This document shows positions 44,871 through 59,152 of a stretch of 64,000 nucleotides of DNA, in pieces. The DNA lies in assembly GCA_052426225.1 (NCBI GenBank), contig JBNJNM010000015.1, positions 1,860,001-1,924,000 on the forward strand. Direction: 5' to 3'. How positions within the stretch are numbered: the first letter of the stretch is position 1; each line of letters starts with the position of its first letter. The notes under the pieces are model-generated. The model searched no databases. It had not been told where the DNA came from and worked only from the letters and a program-made list of their open reading frames with translations. The position numbers and the translations under genes are program-made. Source of the stretch: Zancudomyces culisetae HAW-14-8 (taxonomy: Eukaryota; Fungi; Kickxellomycota).

Positions 44871-46143
44871 TAATTAGAAGTTTCCCAAAATGTCAGGAAA
44901 CTAATTTATTTAAGTTGGGAAACTTAATGTTCCCAAGTTAGGATTCAAAGGTAATTAAATATGATTAAAAATAAATATTAAAACTTATGGGTAAATAATG
45001 CGATTCTGACAATACGGTTTGATATTAAGGACTACAAAAATCATTTCTAGTACAATTAATTGTTCCTCCTCAGTTATGATTTGTAATATCATTACTGATT
45101 TTATGATATGAATATTATATTTATATAGAATCAAGTTTCTAAAGATGAATATATGAATTAGTGTGTATAATATTTTTTAGTAAACTATAAATACTATTGT
45201 AGATTGTAGTTGTATTATCATAACGAACACTTGTAAATATAATTGAATTTAATATTTAAATATGTGCATATATATATTATGTTCTTGCTTTTTGCTACTT
45301 TCTATCTATAAATTAATGTTGTTGGTTGTATCTGATTATAATAGTTATATTCTTTATGATTTAGAAATATGAATAACCATGTATTGTTCTTCGTTGGTAG
45401 TTACATATTTATCTATTCGAAGCTGCTTTAAAAAGTTAATATATTATTTATCTAATAATAGGTGTAGAAAGCTATATCTATTAAACTATTATTAAAATAA
45501 TTAAAAATATTAAAGTTACTTAGTCAGCTGTTAGATATCGTTATGTATTTGTGAAAATTATAAGAATAAATATTAATTCTAGAAACGATAATGATTATTT
45601 TCACTAAAAATGGTATTTGGTATAAATAGCATAATTTTTCAATCTTGGTATCTGAAAATATTATATAAATACAAGAATAAAATTTGGTTGATCAAAATAG
45701 TGCTAAGTATATTTGTGATTAGGTTGGTAATTTGAATTTCCAAAATTATTTATCAGAGTTTGTGAGGTTGATTTAAAGTTCTTCCGATTCATTGGAAAAA
45801 TGACCATGAATACCGACATTCCGTGTCGGAGCATCTATAGGGATAGGATTGGGGCTGGGTTTGTATCAGCCCTATAATTATCCTTGATATATTCGGCTTG
45901 AGCTTTTTTTAGCCCAAATTTTAGTAGGTAATCACCAAGATTCGGTGATTTTTTTCAAGCAATAATTTATCTATGATTGTTTCTTAGAGCAGTTTTGGAT
46001 TCGTTGAGTTCATGTAAGAATCTTTGTAATATTTGGTAGTTTGAATGTTTGTTGTAGAATATGAATAATGGAACAATGATTTTAGAAGGTTTATTGGTCT
46101 TTATAGCTATAATTTTTTAACTTGTATGTGTTTTTAATATGTA

Positions 46144-47747
46144 CAGTGACTCAAATAATTGTTCAAATGTTTTTGATGTTCATTCAAAAATTATATTTCT
46201 CACAAATACTATATCGTATCACTATAAATTTTAAAAATATTATAAATCCATATACCATGTATAACATATAAATTTTGAAGAATACTGAAACAGCCAATCA
46301 ACTGTAGTTATACTTTTTGTATTAATATTTTATTTGAACAATTATTTGGTTTTAAATTTAAATTTTAATTTAGATTATATCTTATTCATAATGTTAGATA
46401 TCATTTTAAAATTTATAAGTTACTAAATTAACTTTAATTATCTACACAATACATTATATTATTAAAATTTAAATATTTGATCAATTTAAATACGATGATA
46501 AAACTAAATAATGAAAAAGTTTGGAGTGACAAAATCTGCTGAATAATGGAAATATTATAGCTATATAAATTTTAAACTATCTATAAGTAAAGGAACAATC
46601 ACTAACATAAAAAAAAATTCATGTTCATCAATAAAAAATTTATCTCCTGGCTGCCCAAATAAATTGACAAAAGCAAATGAGCGATTAATAATACGGAAAA
46701 TTACGTCTGGACAATTTGATACAGCGACAGACGCTACAAAATTTCTCAAGGATAATGGCCTCGTATCTGTGGTTCCTCAAACAGTGCGGAATAGCTTGAA
46801 AAAAAGTGGTTTAAGTTCAAAACCTAAGGTCAAAAAACCTATGCTAAAATTAGGCCATATTAAACAACGACTTGCATTTGCTAAAAAATATCAGCATTGG
46901 ACTGTAGAAGACTGGAAACGTGTGATATGGTCTGACGAGACTAAAATTAACAGATTTGGGTCAGATGGGCGCATGTGGTGCTGGAAAAAACAAGGGAGCC
47001 AGTTAAAACCGAACCATGTTAAAAAAACTATAAAACATGATGGAGGCTCAATCATGATATGGGGATGCATGACATCAGAAGGCCCAGGATATCGTACTAA
47101 AATTGATTGCGGACTTAATGCAGAAGTGTACTGTGATATTCTTGAAGATGAACTGGTAAAATCAATGAAGTGATGCGGCTTAGACAGGGAAAGTACAACT
47201 TTTCAGCATGATATCGATCCAAAACACACCGCTAAAATCACAAAAGCCTGGTTGCAAACTAACTCAATTCAGCGCTTGACTGACCAGCGCGTCACCTGAC
47301 CTAAATCCAATTGAACATATATGGGTCAATTTGAAAAGACGGCTGTCAAATCACGAAAATGCACCAAAAGGGATAAACGAACTTTGGGACCGCGTACAAG
47401 ACGAGTGGAATAATACATCACGTGACGAGTTTATGTCGCTAATCAGTAGCATGCCAACAAGTAATATTGCATATTGAAAGCCAGGGGTGGATATACTAAA
47501 TACTAGTTTAATTAAGTTTACATATTTTTTTATTATTAGCAAAAAAATTGTTAAAATATATTATTTTTACAAAAAGTTTAACTACAGTTGATTGGCTGGT
47601 TCAAGTATTCTTCAAAATTGATAGGTAATACATGGTATATTAATGTATAAAAATTGTAATTTTAATAGTGATACGATATAATATTCGTGAGATATACTAA
47701 TTTTTGAATGAACATCAAAAACATTTGAACAATTTTTAGAGTCACTG
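46144..47747 (+). mobile_element. Tc1-family DNA transposon, second family
   Basis: CAGTGACTC..GAGTCACTG termini, ~180-bp imperfect TIRs, TA on both sides. Confidence 0.93.
46664..47506 (+). pseudogene. Tc1 transposase with stops and frameshifts
   Basis: WSDETKINRFGSDG, FQHDIDPKH, SPDLNPIEHIW. Confidence 0.9.
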
Positions 47748-50700
47748 TATATGGAAGGCAAAGCCGGGATGGCACGAGACTTATATTATGCAGAGTTAGA
47801 TAAAGATGGTTCAAAAACTAAGGAATTAGGAACAATAGCAGAATTGATAAAATACTTCTCACCTACGTTTATACAAGAAAATGCATTATTAAATTTAAGA
47901 CAAAGATTATTAGATTTAAAATAAACAGGGTCTCTACAAGAATAATACAAAAATTAAAATTAATTGTAGGTTCAGTAACATTTGAGGAAGTTGGGAGAGA
48001 ACATTTCTATTTTTTAACGGGTTAAATAAGATATTATAAGGCAGTATTAGATCGTGTACCCAAAAAGTTTGAAGATGCTAAGAAATACGCTTTAGAATAC
48101 ATCACAAAAAAGGAAACCACAATGTCAATGTAAAGAACAAACCAACCAGAGTACATGGACGTAGACGCATTAAAAGTAACAGACGAAAAAAAGGTAGAAG
48201 AAGCTGCGGCAATTAGACAAGACTATAGAATGCAAAACAAAAGAATCATAGTTTATATAGAAGTTGGGGGTGAACGAATACCAGTAGCCACGTATTCAGA
48301 AGAAGGAAAAAGATATTTTGCCACACACAGACTTTGTTTTAAGTGTGGTAGGAACGGACAAATTGCAAATAACTGCCAACTAAAAGCCTGAGGGTCCCCG
48401 TCTTTGGGTCGACAGGGAACCAAAATTCACACTTACCCGATCTGGTTACAAGGCAAAAGCAACAAAAACTAATGGACCAAGTATTCGAAAAGTTAGATAA
48501 ACATGACGAGGAAATCGAAAAGACGCGAGAAATACAAAACGAAATAACAATTGCCAACAGGAAGCAAAGAATATAAAACCACTTTAAAGGAAACAAAATA
48601 AATAACAATAATAATTTTTTTAAACCCGTACATAGAGATAGTTTTATAGAAAATAAAAATTTTAAAAATTTAATACAATATATAAAAAAATTATTACATA
48701 CACAAAAGATAAAAAAAATATAAAAGATACAGAATCTAAAAATGAATTTAAAAACAACAAATACAATAATATGAAGAACGATTGGAGGGACAAACAAATG
48801 ATTATAAACTCTGACAGTGAGAGTTCAGAAACGAATAGCGGATACGAAAGTGTTTCGGAAGAACTTTAATTATACGACGAAGATCATTTAAATAAAAATA
48901 TAAATTTATCCTACGAGCTAGACGATCTAGACATAACAGATAGCGAAATAAGAAAAGAAAGAATGGAGGACATAATAAATTTAAGTGCCTTAGGTTTGGA
49001 TGAAGGATAACCGATAATTATAAGCAGCATAAAAGGAATAAAGATAAAAATATTTTTTGACTAATGAGCAACAACGAGCTTTATCGATGATAGTTTAGTG
49101 TCAAAATTAAAATTAACAAGAGTACCAACAACGAAGAGAATTTAAAAACGGCAGACGGTAAAGAAAACGAAAGTACAGAAATAATCAACAAGGAGATTAA
49201 GTTGGATGGAGTGACTTTACCAGTAAAAGCTATAGTGTTCAAATTAGACTCCATCGACGTTATTTTAGGTTTTGATTTTTTGAAAGAGTTTAGACTTAGC
49301 TACAATCATGAAAAAGACATTTGGAACTTTTTTTATAACAATAAACAACATTACATATACCCTAAGGACAACAGTATTATTAGTAGAAACTCAGTTGCAA
49401 AACTAATTAATAAGAGTCAAGTAGAATAATTTTTTACGATAGTTACTAAAAAAAGAATCAAATCAATCAACAACGAAATATGGAACCGAAAAAATTCAAA
49501 AAATCGTTAATAATTTAATGGGTTATTCGAGGTAAAGGAAGAAACACTGCCACCAGAATGAGATATATCACATAAAATAGTTACAACAAATGAGATTCCA
49601 GTCGCCAAAACTAGTTATAGGGTAAATGGGAAACAAGCACTAGAAATAAAAGAACAAATAAATAAACTATTAAACAAATAGATTATCCAACCATCGACAT
49701 CGCCTTGTGCTAACCCAGTTATTTTAGTTAACAAGAAAGATAATACGTACCGAATGTGTGTCGACTATAGAGCATTAAATAAGGTGACCGTTAAAGACAG
49801 ATACCCGTTACCGAGAATAGACGAAAGCTTCGACAAACTAGCGGGAGCAAGGTTTTTATCTGCTTTCGACTTAAAAAGTGGATACCATCAGATAAGAATG
49901 GAACCGAATTCAGTGGAAAAAACAGCATTTATAACTATTATGGAAGTTACGAATATCTAGCAATGCCGTTCGGATTGTGCAATGCACCGAGCACTTTCCA
50001 GAGACTGATGAACAATCTTTAAGAGAATACTTGGAAGAATTTGTGTTGGTATATTTAGATGACATTTTGATTTTTCAAGACAATGAGAACATGAAATACA
50101 TCTAAAATTAGTACTAAATAAACTACTTGTACACAAGTTGATTATAAATCTAAAAAAATGTAGTTTTGGAGTAAAAAGAATTATATTTTTAGGTCATCTA
50201 ATTAATAACGGAAGTATTAGTCCATGCAAAGATAAAGCCGAAGAAATAATAAAATGAGAAAAACCGAATAATATTCGACAACTATTGGGATATTTAAGAC
50301 TAAGCAATTATTACAGGAAATTTCTTGCAAGATTCGCAAACATGGCGAAACCTCTGTACTATCTAAGTCATGGCTATAAAAACATTAATGAAAAGGTTAC
50401 CTGGACAGTGGAAGAAACAAAATCAATAGTCAAATAAAGGAAGCAATAACTAATGCAGACAGATTGTATCCACCAGAAGGGATAAAAAGTTCGTTATCGA
50501 AACGGATGCCAGCGGAGTAGCAATAGGAGGGGTTCTGTTACAAGATCAGGAAGTAGGTCGAGTCCCCATCGCATTCGAATCTAGAGAGTTAAATAAAGCG
50601 GAACAAAATTATTCAGTAAATGAAAGAGAAATGTTAGCATTATTAATGCATTTAAAACATGGAAACATTACCTTATTAACGGAGTAACAGTACATACAGA

Positions 50701-51065
50701 CCATAGGACGCTGACATAATTTTTTAAAAAAAATGAACCAACAGGAAGGATCGCTAGGTGGCTAGAAGAATGGCAATATCTAAACCCGGAGATCAAACAT
50801 ATCAAAGGAAAGGAAAATATGGGAGCGGATGCGTTATCAAGAAAAAAGTATATTAACAGTATGGAAACAATGGAATGGCCTGAACTAGTTATAGATTGTA
50901 TTAAGGATGGCTATAACGAAAAACCAGAGAATATTAGACACCTATTCGATAAAGATAGAAGCAAATTTGAATACATTAATAACATTTTATATAGGAAAGT
51001 ATATAACCAATATTTACCGTATATACATATAAATCAATGAGAAGATTTAATAAATGCTTACCATG

Positions 51066-51484
51066 TGTCATAAATCATAATAATTATTACAAATATTATT
51101 TAATTTTAGTGTCAATAAACCTATTAGTATTACATAATGTATTTAACTAGTTCTAGAACTATGTTATATAATATGTAAAGTTCAGTTAGTTATTCATTAG
51201 TTTAAGTACTTAATCTAGATTGTTTGATTAGTAAGCAACATTATAACCTGCTTACTAATCCACTATACCTATAAGCACTAGAAGTTATAAGTTAAATTCT
51301 ATAGTGATTTTTCAGTTGATTTTTGATAGTTCAACAACTATAAATAGTCTTTGTATTTTATATTTTATTTATCCTTATCTGACAACAATTGTCGTAACTA
51401 AATAAAGTAGTACTCGGCTAAATCTATACTTCAAATAAATAAATAAATAATACTAGTTAAATATAATCCTTCCTAATCCTGACA
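51066..51484 (+). repeat. Solo LTR related to family C, inserted in the host integrase HHCC region
   Basis: TGTCA..TGACA termini, perfect TSD CCATG, shares CCTTATCTGACAACAATTGTC with the family C LTR. Confidence 0.9.
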
Positions 51485-51518
51485 CCATGTAAGTGCAGCA
51501 CACCTAAGTATAAACAAC

Positions 51519-52217
51519 GTGTACAACCTGATGAGGCTCCGTTGCTGGTGGCCGAATATGCGACAAACGATAACAGCGGAATTGGCAAAGTGCGAGGCTT
51601 GCCAATTATCAGCTAAAGGCAAAGGAACATCAGCACCACTACACCCATTGAAACCAGCAGACGAAGCTTTTTCCAGATGGGGGATAGATTTTATCGTTCC
51701 CCTACCGAAAACAAAGAGAGGAAACAAGTGGATTCTAGTCGCGGTAGACTACCTAACAGGGTGGGTCATAACACAAGCTACGACCGATGCAGCTACAGAT
51801 ACAACTGCTAAACTTATATACAAAAAAATTATGTTAACGTTTGGTTACCCAAAAGAAATTATAAGTGATAGAGGTAAACAGTTTACAGCAGAAACATTAA
51901 GAACATATTTAAGAATACTAGAAGTAAATCACAAACTCACTAGCGCTTACCATCCACAAATGAATGGAAAAACCGAGCGAGTGAATGGAATCATCTCGAC
52001 AGCTATAGCAAAAATGGTTAACAATACAAAAACTAATTGGGATATATTCCTACCTCAAGCCACATGGGCCGCACGTATTCGCACAAATCGATCGACCGGT
52101 ATATCTTCATATTACTTAGTTTTCGGACAAATACCAAAATTTCCAGGAGATACAGAACCACCGTTGATAAAGTCAAGAAATAATTATAATAAGGCTTGGG
52201 ATAAGGTAATTAACTGA
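51519..52217 (+). pseudogene. Integrase core remnant
   Basis: CEAC, WGIDF, ISDRGKQF, AYHPQMNGKTER. Confidence 0.88.
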
Positions 52218-54848
52218 ATTCGCGAACAAAATAAAGTCAGGAAAAATGCCATAAAAAACCAAAAAAATTTTGCTGAAAAATGAAAATTTTTTTTTAAAGA
52301 TATTATATTTTCAATCATTGGAAATCAACGATTGAATACTATTGAAAAAATTTAACAGAAAAAAATTGGAACCTTAGATTGCTGGCCCATTCAAATTATT
52401 GAAAAAACACCATTTAACACATTTAAACTGCGCTCACCTTAATGGTGAAATATTCGAATATTTAGTACATCACGACAGATTAAAACGAGCATTTATAAGA
52501 AACGAAAAATCAAAAAGGAGACCATGGAACAAATTTAGAAACAGAGTAGAGGACCTCTGAATTGAGGAAGGAGATGATATCGTGATCAACCGTTCACATT
52601 CAGAAACATGAAACACGGAGACGAGCATAATTAGCTCAATACATTTTTAAATATATATAAGTGCTTAAAGACGCACAGGGGGAATAGGGAGTTCAGTAAA
52701 GTAGTTTGTTAAGGTTTAGTCAGGTAATCATATAGCCATATGGTTAAGTTAGTAAAGATACATTTATAGTTGCCGATATCACGACAATAATATCTATGCA
52801 AAAATAATAAATAAAATCAATGGTAAATTGATATACAAAATCAATGTAAAAATTTATATACTAAATCAATGTTAAAATCGATAAACTACATCCTTGTTAA
52901 AATCAACAAATGAAAATAATACGTTTAACGATAAGTAGATACCTAATCTAAATAGATTATACATAAGCAAATTTAATTGCTAAAATATATTGTCTTTTAG
53001 TTTTTCATCATAGTAAAATATTCTGATATAAAATTATATAAACCATTCTAAATACCGTTGAGATACATCAGAGAAAAATATAAATTTAATAACTCATCTA
53101 ATAATATATTTATCTAAATACATACATATTCTAATAAATACATGTTAAAAATACAAAAACATAGTATCATTTATAAGCAGCTCGATGTTTATAACAGTAT
53201 CTTGAATAAATCGTTAATATTTCTGTATTAATGAATGAAATATTAAATAAAATATTATCAATATTTGAAGGTATAGTATAGTTCATTTATTCTGCATTGG
53301 TGCTCATTGTGGTAACAATAATATATTTAAATACATTTTTATGATACATAAAATAGTTGGATTCACAAATGGTATTTGTGGCATCAGTTAGTTATTGAGG
53401 GTTGGTCTATATAAGAATAGTATTGACAATGTTTTGTTTCGAATTGATAAATTAAAGTAACAATATCGAGTGATCCATGATGTAGTAATTAGGAATAACT
53501 TTGTTTTCAAATTGTTTGAACTATTCTAGGTAATTTCTTAGATTACTGGGTTTTCTTATTCAATTAATATATTCTATTTTATATATAGATTCTTTATTAT
53601 CCAATTGGTAGCAGATGTAATTGGTCGAAATTATATTATCGTTAAATGGATTTTAATTAATATGTAGTTATTCGGTAATGGATATAAATGTCTTTATGTA
53701 GTAGACTTGATTGCTTTTAGAATAATATAAAGTATAGAAGTGGTTAATTAGTGTTTATAGATGTAATATTAATTACTTGATCATTAATGTCATCTAATTA
53801 TCACGAATATGTACATTATTGTTAGTGTTGTTTAATATATTCAATAATTGTTTGTGATAATCTATTGTATCCATAATTACAGGGCCTATGTGATTACTGA
53901 ATTTATTATGTTCATACTTCCGTCATGATTGATATCATTGATAACTTTTGGTATAAAGATTTAGTTATCTCTGTGAATTTAGGATTGATAGAATATAATA
54001 ATTTTTACTCAAGCATTTCAGAATAATTTCTTAATAATTTGTCATCAACGTTGTTAAAATAATATAACTTATGGATAAAAGAAGAGTGGTATTATAAAAA
54101 GAAAGGTCAATGTAATGTACTTCATTGTTAAGTAATTGTGGTATGTGTTTAAATCAATTGTTATATATAAGTAGTTTACTATCTGATTTGGAAGTCAGTT
54201 GTGAAAAATGGCAACTGTATCTGAATAATTTTTAGTTAACTATGTTGTATTTTTTGTAAAGTAACTTAGAAATTGTTGATGTTATTGATGTCTGAAGTGA
54301 AAACAGTATTTTACTTTCTTTTTGAAAATTATGTTGTGGTTTCTTCTTTGGCGCCATGTAAACTTTTGTATAGATTTGTGTTGTTAATTACTCTTTATTT
54401 ATTGTTAATTGAATGTCTTTTGTTGGATTTGTAGTTTTTTAGCTTTCCTTTATTGTTTTTTCTATTGTAGTATATTAGTGATATTTTGGTTTTGTTGGTT
54501 GATGGTTTCGACGCAATTTGTTGCCATAATATACATATCTTTGTCCTATTAAACTATCTTGTGTATCTACGGTCAACAAGTTATGTTCTAGTTCTCGTTT
54601 CTTTATAGCCTTCTTAGTTTCAGCAATTTTCTGATTTTTTAGTTTTCTTCAGTTTAAATTAATCTTAAAAATTTGAAGATAAATATAAAAGATATTATGG
54701 AGGTCAGCTTCAAATTTTGTAATTGTATCAGCAAGTGAAGTAATAGAAGCAATGATTTTAAATCTAAAGTGAAGTTTGTATAGAGTTCTTTACTTTTAAT
54801 TTTATCGGTGTCATGAACTTGTATATTTTGGTGTAATTTGGTGATTAT

Positions 54849-55204
54849 TGTCAAAACTGGTTTAGGAATATTTAGCTTAGTACTATTTTATTTATTTATA
54901 TAAGACAATTGTTGTCAGATAAGGAATAGAAATTTTTAGGAAAAAACTAGGGTTTTTATACTTATAAAAAAGTTAGAAACTTGAATAAAAATTATTGCGT
55001 CTATCGCTTGATTACTAATCAAAATGTTCTAGACAGGAATTTATTATTAAAATCATTAAGTAATAATAAAATTTCCAGTATGTTCTTAGAAAATCATGAA
55101 ATATTAATTACGAATTTATTAATTAAAATTCGTAATTTAAACTTACCAATAAATATAAATAGACACAACGGTCTAGAATTTAATTATATTTTATGGTTAT
55201 GACA
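54849..55204 (-). repeat. 3' LTR, family C
   Basis: Direct repeat of 60130-60485. Confidence 0.96.
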
Positions 55205-55216
55205 GTATCTCCCTCT

Positions 55217-58200
55217 TTAATGGTGAGCACCGCGAGGCTTAGGTCTTGTGGGGTTCCGCAGATGATAGTCCTTGACCAACTCTTGTGCATTTTCTAAGTT
55301 TATGGCAGGTTCCCACGATCTAGAGTCTATATCGTATCCCTTCCAATCAACTAGGTACTCAAGCTTGTTGTACCTGACTCTGCTATCAAGTATCTGTTCT
55401 ACTTCATATTCATTTTGACCATTTATAACTATAGGGGGAGGGGTTTCTTGAATACGATCCATGGTTTCTTTTCTTACGACTGGTTCCAGAAGTGAGACAT
55501 TGAATACTGGATGTATGCGCATGGAGTCCGGCAGTTCCAACTTGTAGGCAGAGTTTCCAACTTTTTGGATGACTTTGTATGGACCAATTTTAGTATAATC
55601 CAACTTGTTGTTTGGTCTAGTAGTTTTGATGTATTTTTTGTTGAGCCATACAAATGAACCGATAGGGAAGTCAGGGGGTTGCATTCTTTTCTTGTTATAT
55701 GCTTTAGCATATCTAGTATTAGCTTCTTTTATATTTTGGATCAACTTTTTATGTGTAATAGAAATGATGGAAGCGAGGTCAGATGCTGCGGGTGAATGTG
55801 ATATGGATGATATCTTTAAGTTGGGGAGAGAAGTTGGATGGTATCCAAAGTTAGCGAAGAAAGGGCTGAACTTCGTTGTAGAATGTTGTGAGTTGTTATA
55901 GGAGTATTCAGCTAGCGACAGCAGCTCGGACCAGTTGTTTTGATTGTAGTTACAGTAGAATCGTAGGTATTGTTCTAAAACCTGGTTGACACGCTCGGTT
56001 TGGCCATCTGACTGAGGATGAAAGGCTGTGGATAAATTTGTTTTTATGTTTAGTAGTTTCATGAGGGTTGACCAAAATTTTGAAGTAAATATAGAACCTC
56101 TGTCAGATACAATATTTGTGGGGAGACCATGTAGTCGGTATATGTGAGTGAGAAACAATTTAGCAGTTTGGGAAGCACTAATCGTATTTGTTGTTGGTAT
56201 AAAATGGGACATCTTCGTAAACCGATCTACAACAACTAAGATAGCATTATATCCATGGGAGTCAGGTAAGCTCACAATAAAATCCATAGATATGGACTCC
56301 CATGGTTTAAGGGGCACTGGTAGGGATTGCAGGTATCCATATGGTTTATGTCGTAAAAATTTGCATCTATTGCATAGGTCGCAAGTTGCTATGTAATCTT
56401 CTACGAATCTTCTCATGCTTGGCCAGTAATAATTTCTGGTGATGAGTTCTAAGGTCTTTAATCTTCCTAAGTGACCAGCAGTGTTTGAGTTATGATGGTT
56501 GTAGAGTATTTGTAGCTTGATGTTGTTACTATTTGGTACATAAAGTAGTCCTTTGTAAAATAGTAGTCCATTGGTTAATTTGAAGTCAGACAGGCGTTTT
56601 GATAAAATAGGTGGAGGTCTAAGCTTAGGGTTTTGTAGGTGTTTGAATATGGTATAGACGTAGGGGTCTATTGAGTAGGCATTTTCAATATCTGTTATCA
56701 AGTTATCATTGTTTTGTAGTCGTTCTACTGCTGAAATAATCAATTGTTCCGGCTTTAATAGAACGTTACTGTTAGTTATAGCACCATCCCCCTCTTTAGG
56801 GTAATGGTCCGGACGACGAGATAAAGCATCAGGCTTTCCGTTTTGAGATCCAGGTGCATATTTGATTACGAAGTCATAATTTCCTAGAAGTTCGGACCAT
56901 CTTGCTTGTCGTCGGTTCAGTGTTTTCGTTGTAGTGAAGTAGACCAAGTTTTTGTGGTCAGTAATAACTGTTATTTGATGTTGCGCACCTTCCAGATATG
57001 CTCTCCACTCCTTGAATGCTTCAACTATTGCAAGAAGCTCCTTATCGTAAATTTCATAGTTCAATTCGGCGGGTTGTAGCTTCCGTGAATAGTATGCGAT
57101 GGGATGCATAATGTTATTTTCGTCTGTCTGTGAAATTACTCCTCCCAGAGCAAAATCGGAAGCGTCAGTTTCTACTGTAATAGGTTTGTTCGGATCAAAG
57201 TACTTCAATATTGGTGCAGAGGTGAAAGCCTTTTTGAGAGCTTCGAACGAGGACTGAGCTATGTCGGACCAGTCCCACTTCATATTTTTTCGAAGTAGTT
57301 TAGTAATTGGGGTAACGATTGCAGAAAAGTTTTTGATGAATCGGCGATAGAAATTTGCAAACCCGAGGAAAGACTGAATATCTTTTACACAGGTTGGGGT
57401 GGGCCAGTTGTTAACAGCATCTGTTTTGCATGGGTCCATTTGTACGCCGTCATCAGAGACAATGTATCCTAAAAACTCTACGCTACGTTTATGAAATGTG
57501 CATTTTTCTAATTTTGCATATAATGAGTATTTTCGTAGACGTGAAAGTACTTCTCGGACGTGAGTGATGTGATCTTCAAGGTGGTTACTATATATAAGGA
57601 CATCATCTAAGTAAGCTACTGCGAATTTATCCAAACAATCAGATAGAACGTCGTTCATAAGGTGTTGAAAAGAAGCAGGAGCGTTGCAGAGGCCAAAAGG
57701 CATGACCTGGTATTCATAATGCCCATACCGGGTTCGGAATGCCGTTTTCCATTCTTCGCCTTCAGCAATTCTTATTAAGTTGTAGGCGCCACGTAAATCT
57801 ATCTTTGTAAATATCTTAGCTTGTCTGAATCTGTCTAGGAGTTCGCTGATAAGAGGTAGAGGATATCGATTCTTTATTGTTACTTTGTTTAGCCCTCTGT
57901 AGTCTACGCATAACCTTAGCGAACCATCCTTTTTCTTTACAAATAGTATAGGTGCACCGGCTGGTGACGACGAAGATCGGATAAAGCCCTTATCTAAATT
58001 CTCCTTAAGATATTCTCTAAGTGCCGATAACTCTAGTTCCGATAGGGAGTATATGGGTCCAAATGGCGGTACCGAATTAGGTTCTAAGGGTATCTTATGG
58101 TCGTATGACCTGTGAGGAGGTAATTGATCGGAGAAGGTTTTGTCGAATATATCTTGGAAGTCTAGGTATTCAGGGGGGATGGATACATATTTCGAATCAA

Positions 58201-59152
58201 TATGATTGTGGTTTACGAGATTCATAGGAGCATTATCCAGATCACTAATGTTTGCAAATATTTGTAAAGGATTATTACAATTACTTTTGCAAAATTCTGA
58301 GTTAAAATCCAGTTTATCCTTAGGCCATTCGATTTGTGGGTTATGAAGTTTAAGCCAGTTAATACCAATAATCAATGAGTATTTACCTAACTTAGTTACA
58401 TCAAAACTAATCGTTTCGTGATGGTGATATGTTTGTAGTTGTAAAGGAATTGTGTTGTGAGTGATAGATCCAGATGAAATTGATCTACCATTGATTACTA
58501 ATAGTGGGATAGGAACTTCTTTCTTTAGTAGCGGGATGTTAACTTTAATAGCAAACTCGGAGTCAATAAAACAGCTAGTGGCACCGGAATCGATCATAGC
58601 ATTTAGTTTTAAGCTCTTGTTGGCTATGAATAAGGTAACAGGGATTACTAAATGTTCGTTAGTAGTCGAAGTCATTATAGACGTTAGTGGTTGATCAATT
58701 GTAGAAGTATTGATATCATCAAAGTTGTTCGAGTTTGTTCTTGCAGATGGTAAATTATTAAGTACGAGATGGGATTCGAGGTCCAATTCATTTTCGGAAT
58801 CGGAGTCAAGGTATGATGAATATTCAGATAACATATAGGATTCAAGTTCAGATTCAGGTTCAGGTTCAGATTCAGGTTCAGGTTCAGATTCAGGTTCAGG
58901 TTCAGGTTCAGGTTCAGATTCAGGTTCAGATTCAGGTTCAGGTTCAGGTTCAGGTTCAGGTTCAGGTTCAGGTTCAGGTTCAAAAATTTTAGAATTAATA
59001 AGGCAGTCGTCAAAATCTTGGTGGGTAGATTCCGGTTGATAAGAAGTGGAATAAAGGTTCAGGACTTGTGGGATTGGACCAGGGGAGGACGGTTTGTAAT
59101 GTTCGATAAAGCCCAGAGGTACGTCCTTTAAACGTTCTGGGCTGGAGAGTTT
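55217..59152 (-). CDS. pol: Pol (PR-RT-RH-IN-chromodomain), probably via -1 frameshift
   Basis: ORF 55217-58834 extends upstream in frame without stops to the G_GAA_AAC site. MIDSGA, AYLDD, ETDASD, CDLC, SDRG, chromodomain [13 protein letters not shown]. Confidence 0.95.
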   Translation of the reverse strand, partial: KLSSPERLKDVPLGFIEHYKPSSPGPIPQVLNLYSTSYQPESTHQDFDDCLINSKIFEPEPEPEPEPEPEPEPESEPESEPEPEPEPESEPEPESEPEPESELESYMLSEYSSYLDSDSENELDLESHLVLNNLPSARTNSNNFDDINTSTIDQPLTSIMTSTTNEHLVIPVTLFIANKSLKLNAMIDSGATSCFIDSEFAIKVNIPLLKKEVPIPLLVINGRSISSGSITHNTIPLQLQTYHHHETISFDVTKLGKYSLIIGINWLKLHNPQIEWPKDKLDFNSEFCKSNCNNPLQIFANISDLDNAPMNLVNHNHIDSKYVSIPPEYLDFQDIFDKTFSDQLPPHRSYDHKIPLEPNSVPPFGPIYSLSELELSALREYLKENLDKGFIRSSSSPAGAPILFVKKKDGSLRLCVDYRGLNKVTIKNRYPLPLISELLDRFRQAKIFTKIDLRGAYNLIRIAEGEEWKTAFRTRYGHYEYQVMPFGLCNAPASFQHLMNDVLSDCLDKFAVAYLDDVLIYSNHLEDHITHVREVLSRLRKYSLYAKLEKCTFHKRSVEFLGYIVSDDGVQMDPCKTDAVNNWPTPTCVKDIQSFLGFANFYRRFIKNFSAIVTPITKLLRKNMKWDWSDIAQSSFEALKKAFTSAPILKYFDPNKPITVETDASDFALGGVISQTDENNIMHPIAYYSRKLQPAELNYEIYDKELLAIVEAFKEWRAYLEGAQHQITVITDHKNLVYFTTTKTLNRRQARWSELLGNYDFVIKYAPGSQNGKPDALSRRPDHYPKEGDGAITNSNVLLKPEQLIISAVERLQNNDNLITDIENAYSIDPYVYTIFKHLQNPKLRPPPILSKRLSDFKLTNGLLFYKGLLYVPNSNNIKLQILYNHHNSNTAGHLGRLKTLELITRNYYWPSMRRFVEDYIATCDLCNRCKFLRHKPYGYLQSLPVPLKPWESISMDFIVSLPDSHGYNAILVVVDRFTKMSHFIPTTNTISASQTAKLFLTHIYRLHGLPTNIVSDRGSIFTSKFWSTLMKLLNIKTNLSTAFHPQSDGQTERVNQVLEQYLRFYCNYNQNNWSELLSLAEYSYNNSQHSTTKFSPFFANFGYHPTSLPNLKISSISHSPAASDLASIISITHKKLIQNIKEANTRYAKAYNKKRMQPPDFPIGSFVWLNKKYIKTTRPNNKLDYTKIGPYKVIQKVGNSAYKLELPDSMRIHPVFNVSLLEPVVRKETMDRIQETPPPIVINGQNEYEVEQILDSRVRYNKLEYLVDWKGYDIDSRSWEPAINLENAQELVKDYHLRNPTRPKPRGAHH
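58841..58982 (-). repeat. Coding hexamer repeat (GAACCT/GAATCT), about 23 units, encoding Glu-Pro/Glu-Ser
   Basis: Tandem TTCAG(G/A) on the + strand, in frame with pol. Confidence 0.92.

Larger units (their letters stand above)
39415..45011 (-). mobile_element. Family A chromovirus copy 2 (pol disabled)
   Basis: 121-bp LTRs at 39415-39535 and 44891-45011 (about 2 differences). Near-identical to 11020-16620. Flanks TCGGC/ATACG do not match. Confidence 0.96.
47750..52786 (+). mobile_element. Decayed non-chromodomain Gypsy element lacking its 5' end
   Basis: Gag CFKCGRNGQIANNC, RT VYLDD, RNase H ETDASG, integrase 51519-52217, PPT GAGGAAGGAGA at ~52564, 3' LTR 52578-52786. Confidence 0.85.

Noticed and set aside
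52787-54848. Possible host gene or distinct element in AT-rich tracts (also 36100-37900 and 45012-46141)
   Set aside because: Only faint traces of decayed gag/pol; no supportable ORF or boundaries.
54981-55202. Duplicated 73-aa ORF (also 60262-60483)
   Set aside because: Lies wholly within the LTRs, has a TTG start and is AT-rich; the duplication reflects LTR identity.
58684-59013. Poly-Leu-Asn ORF, or the repeat as a CRISPR or telomeric array
   Set aside because: It is an off-frame reading of the coding hexamer repeat. There are no spacers and it is internal to pol.
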